NCBI GenBank assembly: GCA_965219955.1
Contig: OZ244799.1
Coordinates: 1,600,001 to 1,664,000, forward strand
Direction of reading: 5' to 3'
Source: a bacterium
GTDB lineage: Bacteria; UBA8248
DNA length: 64,000 nucleotides
The notes below the pieces were generated by a model, which searched no databases, had not been told where the DNA came from, and saw only the letters and a program-made list of their open reading frames with translations. This document shows positions 50,348 to 62,937 of the stretch, one piece after another (the stretch's first letter is position 1; each line of letters begins with the position of its first letter). The position numbers were made by a program, and so were the translations under genes.

Positions 50348-51679
50348 GTGAACATTTGCGTTATCGGCTGTGGATATGTCGGATTGGTCACGGGGGCCAT
50401 TTTCGCCGATTTGGGTAACGACGTTATCGGCGTGGATATCGACAAAAGCCGCGTGGATTCCCTGAACGCGGGCGACTGTCCCATCCATGAACCCAGACTG
50501 CCTGAACTGCTGAAACGCAACCTCGAAGAAGGCAGGCTCACTTTCGCGACCTCCATTCCCGAAGCCGTATCGACAAGTGAGATTATTTTCATATGCGTGG
50601 GCACGCCACCCGCTGAAGATGGGGGAACCGACCTCTCGCAGGTGGAGACGGCAGCGACAGGCATCGCCCATGCGGTGAATGGCTACAAGATTATTGTCAA
50701 CAAAAGCACCGTGCCTGTCGGAACGGGGGATTTCGTCCGGGATGTCATCGAAAAAAATGGTGTTGCCGCGAAAGATTTCGACGTGGTCTGTAATCCGGAA
50801 TTTCTGCGCGAAGGGCAAGCGGTGCGGGACACCCTCCAGCCGGATCGCATAGTCATCGGCTCATCATCGGAAACAGCGGCAAAAACCGTTGAGCTTCTAT
50901 ATCAAGCCCTGGGGGCTCCTTGCATCATTACGGACACACAAAGCGCCGAGTTGATCAAATACGCCTCGAACGCGTTTTTGGCTACGAAAATCACTTTCAT
51001 CAACGCGGTGGCGAACCTTTGCGAGCAAACGCAGGCGGATATTCGGGAGGTCGTCAAAGGGGTTGGCGCAGATTCCCGAATTGGCCCTGCTTTCCTGGGG
51101 GCGGGGTTGGGCTATGGAGGTTCCTGCTTCCCGAAAGATGTGGATGCCCTGTTGCACGCCTCCAGAAGACTTGGCGCTGAAATGCCGATTTTAGAAGCCG
51201 TGAGAGCTGAAAACGACAGCCGGGTTCCCCGGTTTATACAAAGAATCATCGGGAGACTCGGCACAAAGAAACGCTTGCCGCTCGAAGGAACAACCATTGG
51301 CGTTCTGGGACTATCGTTTAAACCGGACACGGATGACATGCGAGAGGCCAAAAGCATTGAGATTTGTCATGCGCTACGTGAGACGGGAGCCAGACTGCGC
51401 GCTTACGATCCCATCGCCACCACAAACGCCCGGCGAATCATAGGGGATGACGGTATCGAATACTGCCAAAACCCCTACGAGGCAGCTAAAGGCGCAAGCG
51501 GGATCGTCATTGTAACCGAGTGGCGCGAATTTATTCAGTTGAATCTGAATCGCTTGAAATCTGAGATGGTGGAACCGGTTATATTCGACGGACGAAATGT
51601 CTATTCTTCTGAACAAGTAACTGATGCTGGCTTTGAATACTTCAGCATCGGGAAAACACCCTCCAAACCTAAACAATGA
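50348..51679 (+). CDS. ugd: UDP-glucose 6-dehydrogenase
   Basis: [47 protein letters not shown] motifs. Confidence 0.95.
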   Translation: MNICVIGCGYVGLVTGAIFADLGNDVIGVDIDKSRVDSLNAGDCPIHEPRLPELLKRNLEEGRLTFATSIPEAVSTSEIIFICVGTPPAEDGGTDLSQVETAATGIAHAVNGYKIIVNKSTVPVGTGDFVRDVIEKNGVAAKDFDVVCNPEFLREGQAVRDTLQPDRIVIGSSSETAAKTVELLYQALGAPCIITDTQSAELIKYASNAFLATKITFINAVANLCEQTQADIREVVKGVGADSRIGPAFLGAGLGYGGSCFPKDVDALLHASRRLGAEMPILEAVRAENDSRVPRFIQRIIGRLGTKKRLPLEGTTIGVLGLSFKPDTDDMREAKSIEICHALRETGARLRAYDPIATTNARRIIGDDGIEYCQNPYEAAKGASGIVIVTEWREFIQLNLNRLKSEMVEPVIFDGRNVYSSEQVTDAGFEYFSIGKTPSKPKQ

Positions 51680-52632
51680 AAAACTCTCGCGTTGTGGTAA
51701 CGGGCGGAGCGGGCTTCATCGGCTCCCATTTGTGCGACAAACTCATCGCGCTGGGCAACGACGTCATATGCGTCGACAATTTACTTACAGGGCATCGGCT
51801 GAATATCGAGCATCTTCTTAAAAGCGAACATCAAAACTTTACGCTCATTGAACACAACGTGAGTGAACACATTCACGTCGAGGGAAACGTGGACGCCGTT
51901 TTTCATCTCGCGAGCCCGGCCAGCCCGAATGACTATTTGAAATTTCCCATCCAAACGTTAAAAGTCGGCTCCCTCGGCACGCATAATGCCCTGGGGCTTG
52001 CGAAGGAAAAAAAAGCGCGCTTTCTTCTGGCTTCCACTTCGGAAGTATACGGCGACCCCCAGATTCATCCGCAGAACGAGGAATACTGGGGACACGTCAA
52101 TCCCATCGGTCCTCGCGGCGTGTATGACGAAGCCAAGAGATTCTCAGAAGCCATGACCATGGCCTATCACCGTACCCACCACCTCAACGTACACATCGCC
52201 CGCATCTTCAATACCTATGGTCCGAGAATGCGAATCGCCGACGGTCGCGCGATACCCGCTTTTATTTCACAGGCCATCAGAAATGAACCCATCAGCGTTT
52301 TTGGCGATGGAAAGCAGACGAGAAGTTTTTGTTTCATCACCGATCTCATCGATGGCGTCATCAAACTGATGGACAGCGAAATTCATGAACCCGTCAACCT
52401 CGGAAATCCTTCCGAGATGACGATTCTCGACCTTGCGGAGAAAATCATCGCGCTCACAGGCGCAGACTCGGAAATCCGGCATGAGGCGCTGCCTGTCGAT
52501 GACCCGAAAATTCGACAACCCGACATCGGGAAAGCGAAAAAACACCTCGGCTGGGAGCCGGCGATTTTTCTGGAAGAGGGAATTCTGGCCACAATAGATG
52601 ACTTCAGGAAACGATTGAACATCAACCCTTGA
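51676..52632 (+). CDS. UDP-glucuronate decarboxylase (UDP-xylose synthase)-like SDR
   Basis: [43 protein letters not shown] motifs. Confidence 0.9.
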   Translation: MKNSRVVVTGGAGFIGSHLCDKLIALGNDVICVDNLLTGHRLNIEHLLKSEHQNFTLIEHNVSEHIHVEGNVDAVFHLASPASPNDYLKFPIQTLKVGSLGTHNALGLAKEKKARFLLASTSEVYGDPQIHPQNEEYWGHVNPIGPRGVYDEAKRFSEAMTMAYHRTHHLNVHIARIFNTYGPRMRIADGRAIPAFISQAIRNEPISVFGDGKQTRSFCFITDLIDGVIKLMDSEIHEPVNLGNPSEMTILDLAEKIIALTGADSEIRHEALPVDDPKIRQPDIGKAKKHLGWEPAIFLEEGILATIDDFRKRLNINP

Positions 52633-52670
52633 AATCCAGCCCCTGGATCGGCTAGATTGCAGAGCACCGG

Positions 52671-53327
52671 GTGGATTCCCTGCTCCACCTCCACTACCGC
52701 CCCACTGCTCAGAGGCATCCTTTGGGATCATCGGCAAAGGAATTCCTGGCCGAACGCGCCGTGAAGTATGAATCGCTGGCCACGAGCGACTACTCCCGGC
52801 AGGTAGACGATATCTCCAGCGTCATAGTCGAATGCCTGGTGTCCGAAAGGAAAATTATCGCCTTCGGCAACGGGGGGAGCTCCGCACTCGCCATGCACTT
52901 CACGGGCGAACTCGTTGGCCGCTTCCTGGCTGATCGCGCTCCCCTGCCCGCTGTCTGCCTCAGCGGCGACACGAGCGCCCTCACCGCTATCGGGAACGAC
53001 TACGCGTACGAGGAAATTTTTGCGCGGCAAATCCAGGCGCACGGACGAGCGGGAGACGTCGCCCTGGGTCTGAGCACGAGCGGCAAGTCCGCCAATGTCG
53101 TCTCCGCTCTCAAGCGAGCCGACGCCATTGGGTTGGTTGGCGTCACGATGACAGGCGGCAGCGACAGCCCTGCCTCCCAGGCCGCCAAATATGCGGCGAA
53201 AGTGCCATCGAATGACACCGGTTTCATTCAGGAAGCCCATGAAGCCGCTCTTCATTATATTTGCCACCGCATTGATGATGTTTTCACCAGGGATTCGCAA
53301 GAACGAAAAATCGCCTCTAATGGTTGA
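52671..53327 (+). CDS. gmhA: Phosphoheptose isomerase (SIS domain)
   Basis: GNGGS, TAIGNDY, LSTSGKSANV, IQEAH motifs; start uncertain. Confidence 0.9.
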   Translation: MDSLLHLHYRPTAQRHPLGSSAKEFLAERAVKYESLATSDYSRQVDDISSVIVECLVSERKIIAFGNGGSSALAMHFTGELVGRFLADRAPLPAVCLSGDTSALTAIGNDYAYEEIFARQIQAHGRAGDVALGLSTSGKSANVVSALKRADAIGLVGVTMTGGSDSPASQAAKYAAKVPSNDTGFIQEAHEAALHYICHRIDDVFTRDSQERKIASNG

Positions 53328-54148
53328 GTGAAAACGACGACGGGACGCGAGACGTGGAAATCGGAGTTTTAGGCAGCGGGAGCAGAGGAAACGCCGCGCT
53401 GGTTCGCTCGAACGGCGCGTCGTTTCTCGTCGATGCGGGCCTCAGCGCGAAGCAAATCACAAAGCGCCTCGAGACCTACGGCATCCGCCCGCAGGACCTG
53501 ATGGCCATCGTTCTCACGCATGAACACATCGATCACATCAGAAGCGCGGGCACTTTGGCGAGAAGGTGGAACCTGCCGCTTTGGACGAACAAAGCCACAT
53601 ACACGGCAAGCCAGGAGACGATAGGCGAGACACCTGCATGGACGGAAATCGAAGTGGGACTCCCCTTTCACATCGGCGGCATACGGATCGAACCTTTCAG
53701 CACGCCCCATGACGCGGCCGATCCCTTCGGGTTGATATTCAACGATGAAGACGGGCGCCGCGTCGGTTTCGCCACCGACATGGGATTCGTCACAAACCTT
53801 GCGCGCCAGAGACTCCAGGGACTCCAGGGACTCGTCCTGGAGTTCAATCATGACGTGGAAATGCTCATCAACGGCCCCTACCCATGGCCGATCAAACAGA
53901 GGATTCGGGGAAAACTCGGACACCTCAGCAACGAGGACGCAGCCAAGCTGCTCAGGAACATCGTAACGGCCGACTTCGAGTGGCTCATCTGCGCTCATAT
54001 CTCACATGAGAACAATGAGAACCGGCTTCTCCTGGAGACGGCCCGAAAAGCGTTGAACGGCCATGAACGCAGAAATCTCCTGAGCGCCTCTCAGGATGAG
54101 CCAACCCCCCTCGTGGGCGCCGGAGGAATAGCGGAGGAACTCTCTTGA
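53324..54148 (+). CDS. MBL-fold metallo-hydrolase (YycJ/WalJ-like)
   Basis: SGSRGN, THEHIDH, PHDAADP, TDMG, EFNHD, GHLSN motifs. Confidence 0.9.
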   Translation: MSENDDGTRDVEIGVLGSGSRGNAALVRSNGASFLVDAGLSAKQITKRLETYGIRPQDLMAIVLTHEHIDHIRSAGTLARRWNLPLWTNKATYTASQETIGETPAWTEIEVGLPFHIGGIRIEPFSTPHDAADPFGLIFNDEDGRRVGFATDMGFVTNLARQRLQGLQGLVLEFNHDVEMLINGPYPWPIKQRIRGKLGHLSNEDAAKLLRNIVTADFEWLICAHISHENNENRLLLETARKALNGHERRNLLSASQDEPTPLVGAGGIAEELS

Positions 54149-55452
54149 TTCCGAGATACACGCGCCCTGAAATGGCGAAAATATGGGGAGAACGGGAAAA
54201 ACTGCAGCGCATGCTCGACGTGGAGATAGCCGTTTGCGAGGAAATGTGCGCGCGCGGCGAAATTCCCAGGGAGGCGCTTGAAGAGATCAAATCGAAAGCG
54301 GCTTTCGAACCCGAGCGAATCAAGGAGATCGAGCGCGTCACAAAGCACGACGTCATCGCCTTTCTCACCAACGTGGCGGAGCACGTGGGGCCGTCCTCAC
54401 GCTACATTCACCTCGGCATGACGAGCAGCGATGTCCTGGATACCGGGCTCGCGCTTCAGCTTGTATCCGCAGCCGACATCATTCTCGATGACATTCGAGA
54501 ACTTGAAACGACCCTGAAAGAACGTGCTCTGGAGCAGAAACGCACCATCATATCGGGCAGAACCCACGGGATGCACGCCGAGCCCACAACTTTGGGCCTC
54601 AAAATAGCCACGTGGTACACCGAGTTCGAGCGCGCATATGAGCGAATGCAAAACGCACGTGAAGCCGTACGCGTCGGCCAGATATCAGGCGCTGTGGGCG
54701 CGTGCCCCCACATCCCGCCGGATGCCGAAGAGGCCATTTGCGAGCGCCTGGGTCTCGAGGTCGACCGCGTGAGCAGCCAAATCATCCAGCGCGACCGCCA
54801 TGCCGAGTATCACCTTGCTCTCGCCCTGGTGGCGGCGAGCATCTCCCGCGTGGCGACGGAAGTGCGCCACCTGCAAAGGAACGAAGTGGGCGAGGCGGAA
54901 GAGTTCTTCAGCAAGGGCCAGAAAGGGAGTTCCGCCATGCCCCACAAGAGAAACCCCGTGGTTTCGGAACAACTGTGCGGTCTGGCCCGTGTGGTGCAGG
55001 GAAACGCCACGGCGGCCCTGCAGAACGTCCCCTTATGGCACGAACGCGACATCTCCCACTCATCCGTTGAACGCGTGATATTGCCGGATAGCACGATTCT
55101 CGTAGATTACATGCTGGTCAAACTCAACGATTTGATGAAGAGTTGGGTCGTCTATCCCGACAAGATGCTGGAAAACCTCGCGCGCTCGAAGGGTTTGCTC
55201 CTCAGTGAGCACGTCATGCTCGCATTGATTCGCAAAACGGGCATCACGCGGGAGGAAGCCTACGCGCGGGTTCAGGCTCCCGCCATGGAAGTATGGGCCG
55301 AGGGAGGCGATTTCCAGGCGAAATTGGCGGCGGATCCCCAAGTGGGCGGCGTGTTGGGAGAAGAGGAGCTCGCCCACTGCTTCGACATGGACGCCCATCT
55401 GAATAATCTGGACCGAATTTTCGAACGCGTTTTCGGCCCCGATAAGGAATGA
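54145..55452 (+). CDS. purB: Adenylosuccinate lyase
   Basis: MIPRY, KHDVIAF, GRTHGMHAEP, GSSAMPHKRNP motifs. Confidence 0.98.
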   Translation: MIPRYTRPEMAKIWGEREKLQRMLDVEIAVCEEMCARGEIPREALEEIKSKAAFEPERIKEIERVTKHDVIAFLTNVAEHVGPSSRYIHLGMTSSDVLDTGLALQLVSAADIILDDIRELETTLKERALEQKRTIISGRTHGMHAEPTTLGLKIATWYTEFERAYERMQNAREAVRVGQISGAVGACPHIPPDAEEAICERLGLEVDRVSSQIIQRDRHAEYHLALALVAASISRVATEVRHLQRNEVGEAEEFFSKGQKGSSAMPHKRNPVVSEQLCGLARVVQGNATAALQNVPLWHERDISHSSVERVILPDSTILVDYMLVKLNDLMKSWVVYPDKMLENLARSKGLLLSEHVMLALIRKTGITREEAYARVQAPAMEVWAEGGDFQAKLAADPQVGGVLGEEELAHCFDMDAHLNNLDRIFERVFGPDKE

Positions 55453-55604
55453 AACTGAATACACGGGGTGACAAACACAGGCTCGTTTATGTTAGGATAG
55501 CGGCTCTTGACCGCCCGGAATGGTCGTTTTCTAACCCGTTCAAATGATGGAATAACTCTTAAAACGAAGGTTCGAATTTGCGATCCTCGAATGGAGAATT
55601 GTTC

Positions 55605-56318
55605 ATGGAACACGGCAAACAGGTTTACGAAGGCAAGGCCAAGATCATCTACGAGACCGATAACCCAGACTACTATATCCAGTTCTTCAAGGATGATGCT
55701 TCCGCATTCAACGCCAAGAAGCTGGGCACTATCGAATCCAAAGGCGTATTCAACAACTCCATCTCCTCTCGCCTGCTGCAAGAAGTGGAGCGTCAGGGCG
55801 TGCCCACGCATTTCGTGGAAAAACTCTCCGAGCGGGAGATGCTGGTGAAAAAACTCGACATCATTCTGGTCGAAGTGGTGTTGAGGAATATCATCGCGGG
55901 AAGTCTGGCCAAGAGAATGGGCGTGGAAGAAGGCGCGCGTCTTCCTAACACGATCGTCGACCTGCATCTGAAAAACGATGACCTTGATGACCCGCTCATC
56001 AACGAAGACACCGCCGTGGCCTTCGGCTTGGCGACACGCGAAGAACTCGCCGAGATGCGCGAATACGCCTTCAAGGTGAACGACATCCTCACTTCGTTTT
56101 TCTCCGAGCGCAACATCGACCTCGTGGATTTCAAGCTCGAATTCGGACGCTGTGCGGCCGAGGGCGGCAAGCTGCTGCTGGGAGATGAAATCACGCCGGA
56201 TGGTTGCCGTTTCTGGGAGAAGGGAACGGGCCGGAAACTGGACAAGGACCGCTTCCGCAGGGATTTAGGACAGGTCGAAGACGCATACGCCGAAGTCGAA
56301 AAACTCGTCATCGAATAA
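55605..56318 (+). CDS. purC: SAICAR synthetase
   Basis: YEGKAK, FKDDASAF, DFKLEFG, DEITPD, LDKDRFR motifs. Confidence 0.97.
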   Translation: MEHGKQVYEGKAKIIYETDNPDYYIQFFKDDASAFNAKKLGTIESKGVFNNSISSRLLQEVERQGVPTHFVEKLSEREMLVKKLDIILVEVVLRNIIAGSLAKRMGVEEGARLPNTIVDLHLKNDDLDDPLINEDTAVAFGLATREELAEMREYAFKVNDILTSFFSERNIDLVDFKLEFGRCAAEGGKLLLGDEITPDGCRFWEKGTGRKLDKDRFRRDLGQVEDAYAEVEKLVIE

Positions 56319-56337
56319 CTTTCGCCCTGAGGTAGCG

Positions 56338-56598
56338 ATGCCGAAAGCCCTGGTCTACGTGACATTCAAAGCGGGCGTGCTCGACCCCCAGGGGGAAGCC
56401 GTCCGGGGAGCACTCTCCTCCCTTGGATTCAAGGGCGTAAACGACGTGCGCGTCGGGAAATTCATCGAGATTGAACTCGAAGACACCGACGACATTCTTG
56501 CCGAACTGGAGAGAATGTGCCAGGACCTGCTCGCCAACCCCGTCATCGAAGACTACCGCATCGAAATAGCGAATGAATCCACCAACGGCGGGAGATGA
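56338..56598 (+). CDS. purS: FGAM synthase subunit PurS
   Basis: VLDPQG, VRVGK, LLANPVIEDY motifs. Confidence 0.97.
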   Translation: MPKALVYVTFKAGVLDPQGEAVRGALSSLGFKGVNDVRVGKFIEIELEDTDDILAELERMCQDLLANPVIEDYRIEIANESTNGGR

Positions 56599-57296
56599 GA
56601 ATGCAATTCGCCGTCATCGTCTTTCCCGGCTCCAATTGCGATCACGACTGCTACCACGCCATCAAGGACGTTCTAAAACAGCCGGTGAGATTCGTCTGGC
56701 ACAAGGAAGCCTCTCTTGGAGACGCGGAGGTGGTGATACTCCCCGGAGGCTTCAGCTACGGGGATTACCTAAGGGCCGGCGCCATTTCGCGCTTTTCTCC
56801 CATCATGAAGGCCGTTACCACGCATGCACGTGAGGGGCGTCCCCTGCTCGGCATATGCAACGGCTTCCAGTGCCTGACCGAATCAGGACTCCTGCCCGGA
56901 GCCCTGAGACGAAACGAGTCGCTTCGCTTCGTTTGCGATGATGTCCGGCTCAAATGCGTGACGTCGAGAACTCCCTTTACCTGTGGCATCGAGCCGGAAG
57001 AAATCCTCAAAATGACCATCGCGCACGGCGAGGGAAACTACTTCTGCGATTCCGATACGCTCGCCGCACTCGAAGACAACGATCAGATCGTTTTTCGCTA
57101 CACGGACGCAAATGGTGACGTGAATCCCGAATCGAATCCCAACGGATCGATGGAAAACATCGCGGGCATATGCAACTTGCAGGGTAACGTGGTTGGCCTC
57201 ATGCCGCATCCCGAGCGAAGCTGCGATTCTCTTCTGGGCGGGGAAGACGGGTTACGGATGTTCATGTCCGTCGTGCGAAAGATGGTTTCATCGTGA
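56595..57296 (+). CDS. purQ: FGAM synthase glutaminase subunit
   Basis: [31 protein letters not shown] motifs. Confidence 0.97.
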   Translation: MRMQFAVIVFPGSNCDHDCYHAIKDVLKQPVRFVWHKEASLGDAEVVILPGGFSYGDYLRAGAISRFSPIMKAVTTHAREGRPLLGICNGFQCLTESGLLPGALRRNESLRFVCDDVRLKCVTSRTPFTCGIEPEEILKMTIAHGEGNYFCDSDTLAALEDNDQIVFRYTDANGDVNPESNPNGSMENIAGICNLQGNVVGLMPHPERSCDSLLGGEDGLRMFMSVVRKMVSS

Positions 57297-59530
57297 TCAC
57301 GACAGACACGATCGTAACGCGGGAGATGGCCCTCGACCACGGCCTTTCCCCGGACGAATGGAAGAAGATTACGGAAACCCTGGGGCGCAAGCCCAACGTC
57401 ACGGAACTCGGCGTATTCTCCGCCATGTGGAACGAGCACTGCTCGTACAAGAGCAGCCGCATTCACCTGAAAAAATTTCCCACGCAGAGCCCCCATGTCC
57501 TGCAGGGACCCGGAGAAAACGCCGGCGTCGTCGATCTCGGCGAGGGCATGGCCGTCGCATTCAAGATGGAAAGCCACAATCACCCCTCCTTCATCGAACC
57601 ATACCAGGGTGCCGCCACCGGGGTGGGCGGTATTTTGCGAGATATCTTCACGATGGGCGCAAGACCCATCGCGCTGCTCGACAGCCTGCGTTTCGGGGCT
57701 CCGGAACATCCCCGCACCCCCTATCTCGTCGGTGGCGTCGTTGGCGGCATCGCGGGCTATGGAAATTGCATCGGTGTTCCAACGGTGGGCGGAGAAACGA
57801 AATTTCACCCCTGCTATAACGGGAACATTCTGGTGAACGTCATGTGCGCGGGCATCATGCGATCAGACGCCATATTCCGGGGCACGGCTTCCGGCGTTGG
57901 GAATCCGGTCATCTATGTCGGGGCGCCCACCGGGCGGGACGGCATCCATGGCGCGTCCATGGCATCGGCGGGCTTCGACGATTCCGCCCTCGAAAAAAGA
58001 CCCACCGTTCAGGTGGGGGATCCGTTTCGGGAAAAACTCCTGCTCGAGGCGTGCCTGGAGCTGATGAAGCGCGGCGCCGTGGTCGGCATTCAGGATATGG
58101 GCGCCGCCGGGCTCACCTCGTCTTCCGTCGAAATGGCGGGCCGCGCCGGCACAGGGCTTCTCCTCCGCCTGGATGCGGTTCCTTGCCGGGAAGAGGAGAT
58201 GACGCCATATGAGATGATGCTCTCGGAAAGCCAGGAGAGGATGCTGCTCGTAGCGGAAAAAGGAAGAGAACCCGAGGTGCGGGAGATATTCGAACGGTGG
58301 GACCTCCCAATGTCCGTCGTGGGGGAAGTGACCGGAGACGGGAGGCTTCGCGCAACTTTCGGAGGGGATGAAGTCGCCGACCTGCCGGTATCATCGCTGA
58401 CGGATGATGCGCCGACTTATGACCGCCCAAGAAAACCCGAGCGCGGGCTTCCACACGACGATCCGCTACTCAAACTGCCGGATCCTGAGGACATGGGCTC
58501 CACTCTGATCAAGATGCTGGGCCACCCCAACCACGGAGACAAAAAACCGATATGGCGCCAGTATGACTATAATGTTCGCACGAACACGTTGACCCCTCCG
58601 GGCGGAGACGCCGCCATCATCCGTCTGAAAGGTACGAACAAGGCGTTGGCCCTTACGACAGATGGGAACGCACGATACGGCATGCTCGATCCCTACAAGG
58701 GGGGGATGCTCGCCGTGGCGGAAGCAGCGCGAAACATCTGCTGCGTAGGCGCAAGGCCGCTCGCGATCACCAATTGCCTCAACTTCGGCAATCCCGAGCG
58801 CCCCGCGGTCATGGCTCAATTCTCTCTCTCGATCGAGGGCATGGCCCAGGCTTGCCGTTTTCTGGACCTGCCCGTGGTGAGCGGAAACGTGAGTTTTTAC
58901 AACGAAACGCACGAGGTCGACATTTACCCCACACCGATCATCGGCATGGTCGGCTTGCTCGATGACATTCAAAAAAGATCAGGCCACGGGTTCGTCTCCG
59001 AGAATGACGCCATCGCCCTGATACACCCCAAAGACGAAGCGCCATTGCCGAAAACATGCGCTCATGAGTATGTGTGGCTGGAAACGGGCCAGGAGGGAGG
59101 GGACGCCCCGCCGATATCCCTGGATGCGGAAAAAGCCGTGCAGACAGCCTGCAGGCGCGGCATCGATATGGGTCTGGTGCGCTCCGCTCACGATCTTTCC
59201 GAAGGCGGATTGGGAATCTCTCTGGCCGAATCCGCTATCGCATCACCCAATAGCAGGTTTGGGGTCGAGGTGTGGCTTCCCGAGCAGGAGGGCAGACTCG
59301 ACGGCTTGCTGTATGGCGAGGCTGCATCGCGCATTTTGGTGAGCGTATCTCCTCACGCGGTGGACACTCTGCAAGAGGCCGTACAGAGTTGCGGAGCAGA
59401 ACTTACGCGTATCGGTCGTGTCCAGGAGGGTGCTTTCGTCGTCAAAACCCCCGATAATGTTCCTTTGATTGATTTAGCCATGCCGCACATTGTGGCGGCA
59501 TGGTCAGGCGCCCTCTCCGAGGTGATGTGA
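57293..59530 (+). CDS. purL: FGAM synthase subunit PurL
   Basis: [42 protein letters not shown] motifs. Confidence 0.98.
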   Translation: MITTDTIVTREMALDHGLSPDEWKKITETLGRKPNVTELGVFSAMWNEHCSYKSSRIHLKKFPTQSPHVLQGPGENAGVVDLGEGMAVAFKMESHNHPSFIEPYQGAATGVGGILRDIFTMGARPIALLDSLRFGAPEHPRTPYLVGGVVGGIAGYGNCIGVPTVGGETKFHPCYNGNILVNVMCAGIMRSDAIFRGTASGVGNPVIYVGAPTGRDGIHGASMASAGFDDSALEKRPTVQVGDPFREKLLLEACLELMKRGAVVGIQDMGAAGLTSSSVEMAGRAGTGLLLRLDAVPCREEEMTPYEMMLSESQERMLLVAEKGREPEVREIFERWDLPMSVVGEVTGDGRLRATFGGDEVADLPVSSLTDDAPTYDRPRKPERGLPHDDPLLKLPDPEDMGSTLIKMLGHPNHGDKKPIWRQYDYNVRTNTLTPPGGDAAIIRLKGTNKALALTTDGNARYGMLDPYKGGMLAVAEAARNICCVGARPLAITNCLNFGNPERPAVMAQFSLSIEGMAQACRFLDLPVVSGNVSFYNETHEVDIYPTPIIGMVGLLDDIQKRSGHGFVSENDAIALIHPKDEAPLPKTCAHEYVWLETGQEGGDAPPISLDAEKAVQTACRRGIDMGLVRSAHDLSEGGLGISLAESAIASPNSRFGVEVWLPEQEGRLDGLLYGEAASRILVSVSPHAVDTLQEAVQSCGAELTRIGRVQEGAFVVKTPDNVPLIDLAMPHIVAAWSGALSEVM

Positions 59531-59531
59531 G

Positions 59532-60980
59532 ATGTCTGTATGGATAGATGACCATCCAAAAGAGGAATGCGGCGTATTTGGGATTTACGGCCATCCCGAG
59601 GCGGCCAATATGGCCTATCTGGGTCTCTACGCTCTTCAGCACAGAGGACAGGAGAGTGCGGGCATCGTAGCCTCAGATGGAGAAAGGGTACACAGTGAAG
59701 TCGGCATGGGTCTCGTTGCTGATGTTTTCACCGAAGAGCGCATCACCAAACTGCAAGGACGCATCGCCATCGGGCACAATCGCTATTCCACGGCGGGGCA
59801 ATCCGACATCAAAAACGCCCAACCTTTTTTGGTGAATTACGCCAAAGGAACACTCGCTCTCGGCCACAACGGAAACCTTGTCAACGGCGGAGCGTTGCGC
59901 GAAGAGTTGGAAGCCAACGGATCCATATTTCGCAGCACTACGGACAGCGAGGTTATTCTGCATCTCATCGCCCGTTCCGCGGAAAAAACCACTGAGGGCG
60001 CCATCATAGAAGCCGTTCAACGATTAGAGGGCGCCTACACGCTCACGATGATGACGGAAGATATGTTGATTGGCATCCGCGACCCCCACGGCTTTCGTCC
60101 CCTGGTTCTGGGCAAACTCCCCGCAGACGAGACCGGGGGCGATTCCTGGGTGCTCACGAGCGAAACCTGCGCGCTCGATCTGATAGACGCCGAATATATC
60201 CGCGAAATCGAACCCGGCGAGATGGTCATAATCGATCAAGACGGATTCAGAAGTATCACTCATTCTCCACCTCTTGAACATCAGCAATGTATTTTTGAAT
60301 TCATCTATTTCGCCCGTCCGGACAGTTTCATTTTCGGGAAAAACGCATACGCCTTCAGGAAAAAACTGGGCGCTCGGCTCGCCGAGGAAGACAACGTGGA
60401 GGCGGATATCGTCACACCCGTTCCGGACTCGGGCCTGTCGGCCGCGCTCGGATACGCAGATGCTTCGGGGCTTCCTCTGGAATGGGGCCTGATACGCAAC
60501 CACTACGTGGGCCGCACATTTATCGAACCGGAACAATCCATTCGAAATTTCGGCGTCAAACTGAAATTGAACCCCATGAAAGAATTCCTGGAGGATAAAC
60601 GCGTCGTAGTAGTTGATGACTCCCTCGTCAGGGGCACGACGAGCAAGAAGATCGTTGAACTCATCCGGCGAGCCGGCGCAAAAGAAGTTCACATGCGCAT
60701 CAGTTCTCCTCCCATCACCCACCCGTGTTTTTTCGGCATCGATATGCCTACCCTTGCGGAACTGAAGGCATCCTCGAACAGCGTCGAGGAAATCAGGCAA
60801 TTCCTGGAGGCGGATAGTCTGAACTATTTATCCCTGGAGGGCATGCTGAGTTGCGCCCACCCGAATGAAGAGGCATTTTGCACGGCTTGTTTTTCCGGGG
60901 AATATCCGATTCCTGTCGAACAAAGCGACTATCAACTCTCTCTTTTCCGGGATTTGCGCACCTCGGAGCACCGCGCATAA
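59532..60980 (+). CDS. purF: Amidophosphoribosyltransferase
   Basis: EECGVFG, QHRGQESAG, GHNRYST, VVVDDSLVRGTT motifs; Fe-S cysteines (CTAC). Confidence 0.98.
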   Translation: MSVWIDDHPKEECGVFGIYGHPEAANMAYLGLYALQHRGQESAGIVASDGERVHSEVGMGLVADVFTEERITKLQGRIAIGHNRYSTAGQSDIKNAQPFLVNYAKGTLALGHNGNLVNGGALREELEANGSIFRSTTDSEVILHLIARSAEKTTEGAIIEAVQRLEGAYTLTMMTEDMLIGIRDPHGFRPLVLGKLPADETGGDSWVLTSETCALDLIDAEYIREIEPGEMVIIDQDGFRSITHSPPLEHQQCIFEFIYFARPDSFIFGKNAYAFRKKLGARLAEEDNVEADIVTPVPDSGLSAALGYADASGLPLEWGLIRNHYVGRTFIEPEQSIRNFGVKLKLNPMKEFLEDKRVVVVDDSLVRGTTSKKIVELIRRAGAKEVHMRISSPPITHPCFFGIDMPTLAELKASSNSVEEIRQFLEADSLNYLSLEGMLSCAHPNEEAFCTACFSGEYPIPVEQSDYQLSLFRDLRTSEHRA

Positions 60981-61081
60981 CCAGTTTGACCAAGCTTATC
61001 GGTGATTGTTATCCTGTCTGTTGTTTTCATGATTATTTCATCTCTTTTAGTAAATAGCCAAAGAATCAGGGAGAAGGTTTC

Positions 61082-62842
61082 TTGCTAATTCAACGAAGAT
61101 GTTTTCTCCTGATGTGCATGTTCGTGATGGGTTGCAGCGCAGTGCCCCTCGCTCAAAGCGGAATTCAGCCGAAGAAAATACCAGATGGCATCTCCATAGA
61201 GGCGCACAACCCTCCTGATCCCCAAAAAACGGTTCTACTCCCTCCTCCGGTTCCAGAATCCGCAACGCCCAAACCACCCGAAGCCGCTCCGAAAGAATCG
61301 CCTATGGCCTCGGTATCCATACCATTGAACGGCACCGAAGCGGATAAAATCACAAAGCCGTCAGACCCTGTAGATTCCAAAGATGAAAAGGCGGATAAAG
61401 ACTCTGAACCTTCCCCGCATGACATCAGCCTGCCGGTGCCCGACATCGAAGAAAGACTCAAGGTCCGACCAACACCGGAAGCCAAGAAACCCAAGGCTTT
61501 TTTGTATGACGTCCCCGTGGTTCGCAATGCCATCGTGGATCGGTGGATTGCGTACTTTACGGGTTCCGGACGCGCCAGTTTTTCCATCTGGTTGAGCAGG
61601 GGGGGACGCTATATCAAATTGTTCCGTGAAATTCTGAAGGAACACCAACTACCGCAGGACCTGGCGTATCTCTCTTTGATTGAGAGCGGATTCAGCCCGA
61701 AGGCACGCTCCAGAGCCGGCGCGGTTGGTCCCTGGCAGTTCATGCCGGCCACTGCGAGGCGAATGGGCCTGAAAATTAACTATTATGTGGATGAGCGCCG
61801 CCACCCGATGAAATCCACGCGTGCGGCTTCGGCCTATCTATCGAAACTTTACGAGGAATTCGGCGACTGGCATTTGGCGCTTGCCGCATACAACGCGGGA
61901 GAGCGCCGCATCGCCAGGGCCATTCGCAGATCGAAGCGAAAAGACTACTGGTCACTCGCCAGAACAAGATACCTGCCCAACGAAACACGCAACTACGTTG
62001 CGAAGTATCTGGCAGGAATGATTATCGCCAAAAACCCGGAAGTTTTCGGATTCGTGGACATAGAATATGCCAACTCCTGGGACTACAAAGCCGTCAAACT
62101 TTCGCATGGCACCAGCTTGAGAGCGATTTCCCGTATTTCGAACGTCTCTCTGCGCACTTTGAGGGAAATCAATGCGGAGCTGAGAACCTCCGTCACGCCT
62201 CCGGGCAATGGATACCATCTTTTTCTCCCGGTTCAAGAGGCAGAGAAATTTGCCGTGAAACTGGCGAAACTGACCAAGAAATATCACGCTTCTCCCAATG
62301 GCTACCGCATACAGCCGGGCGATACTTTCGGCGCCATAGCGCAAAGGTTCGGAGTCCCGCTAGACAGGATCCTCGAACTGAACACCCATCTTCATCCCAG
62401 AAAACTCCAAGTGGGCGCCAAAATTCTTCTGCCGAAACCGCCCAAAAAACTGAAAGCGGCTCTACAAAATACCGCACCGGCAAATGGGGTTGCCCCTTTG
62501 CCGAAGTTGCATGTCGTGCAAGAAGGTGAAAACTTTTCGCTCATTGCCCAGAAATACAACATCTCCACCGAAGAGTTGGTGCAGACCAATGCCGGAATCG
62601 AACCCAAGCGCCTGCGCATCGGCATGCAAATACACCTTCCTTCCCAAAAACACATCGCAAAAACCGAAAAGAGCGAGATAAAAAAGCGAGATAAACCATT
62701 GCACCACCTCGTCGGTCCGGGAGAGAACATCTGGCTCATCGCCAAGCGGTACGGAGTTTCAACAAAATCTCTACTCTCCTGGAACCGGCTGAGCGCCTCG
62801 GCCAAAATTTTCCCCGGAGAAAAACTCATCGTTCGCCGCTAG
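61082..62842 (+). CDS. mltD: Membrane-bound lytic transglycosylase D-like protein (SLT domain plus three LysM)
   Basis: Lipobox-like VMGC, IESGF, GPWQFM, AAYNAGE, ETRNYV; three LysM repeats. Start uncertain. Confidence 0.88.
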   Translation: MLIQRRCFLLMCMFVMGCSAVPLAQSGIQPKKIPDGISIEAHNPPDPQKTVLLPPPVPESATPKPPEAAPKESPMASVSIPLNGTEADKITKPSDPVDSKDEKADKDSEPSPHDISLPVPDIEERLKVRPTPEAKKPKAFLYDVPVVRNAIVDRWIAYFTGSGRASFSIWLSRGGRYIKLFREILKEHQLPQDLAYLSLIESGFSPKARSRAGAVGPWQFMPATARRMGLKINYYVDERRHPMKSTRAASAYLSKLYEEFGDWHLALAAYNAGERRIARAIRRSKRKDYWSLARTRYLPNETRNYVAKYLAGMIIAKNPEVFGFVDIEYANSWDYKAVKLSHGTSLRAISRISNVSLRTLREINAELRTSVTPPGNGYHLFLPVQEAEKFAVKLAKLTKKYHASPNGYRIQPGDTFGAIAQRFGVPLDRILELNTHLHPRKLQVGAKILLPKPPKKLKAALQNTAPANGVAPLPKLHVVQEGENFSLIAQKYNISTEELVQTNAGIEPKRLRIGMQIHLPSQKHIAKTEKSEIKKRDKPLHHLVGPGENIWLIAKRYGVSTKSLLSWNRLSASAKIFPGEKLIVRR

Positions 62843-62937
62843 AATCAAAGGTTTCTTGACACCTGCTTTCATGCTCTCCTAAGATTCCAGATAAGACGAA
62901 GTTGCACGACGATATTTCCTTTTCGGTAGAGAAAAAT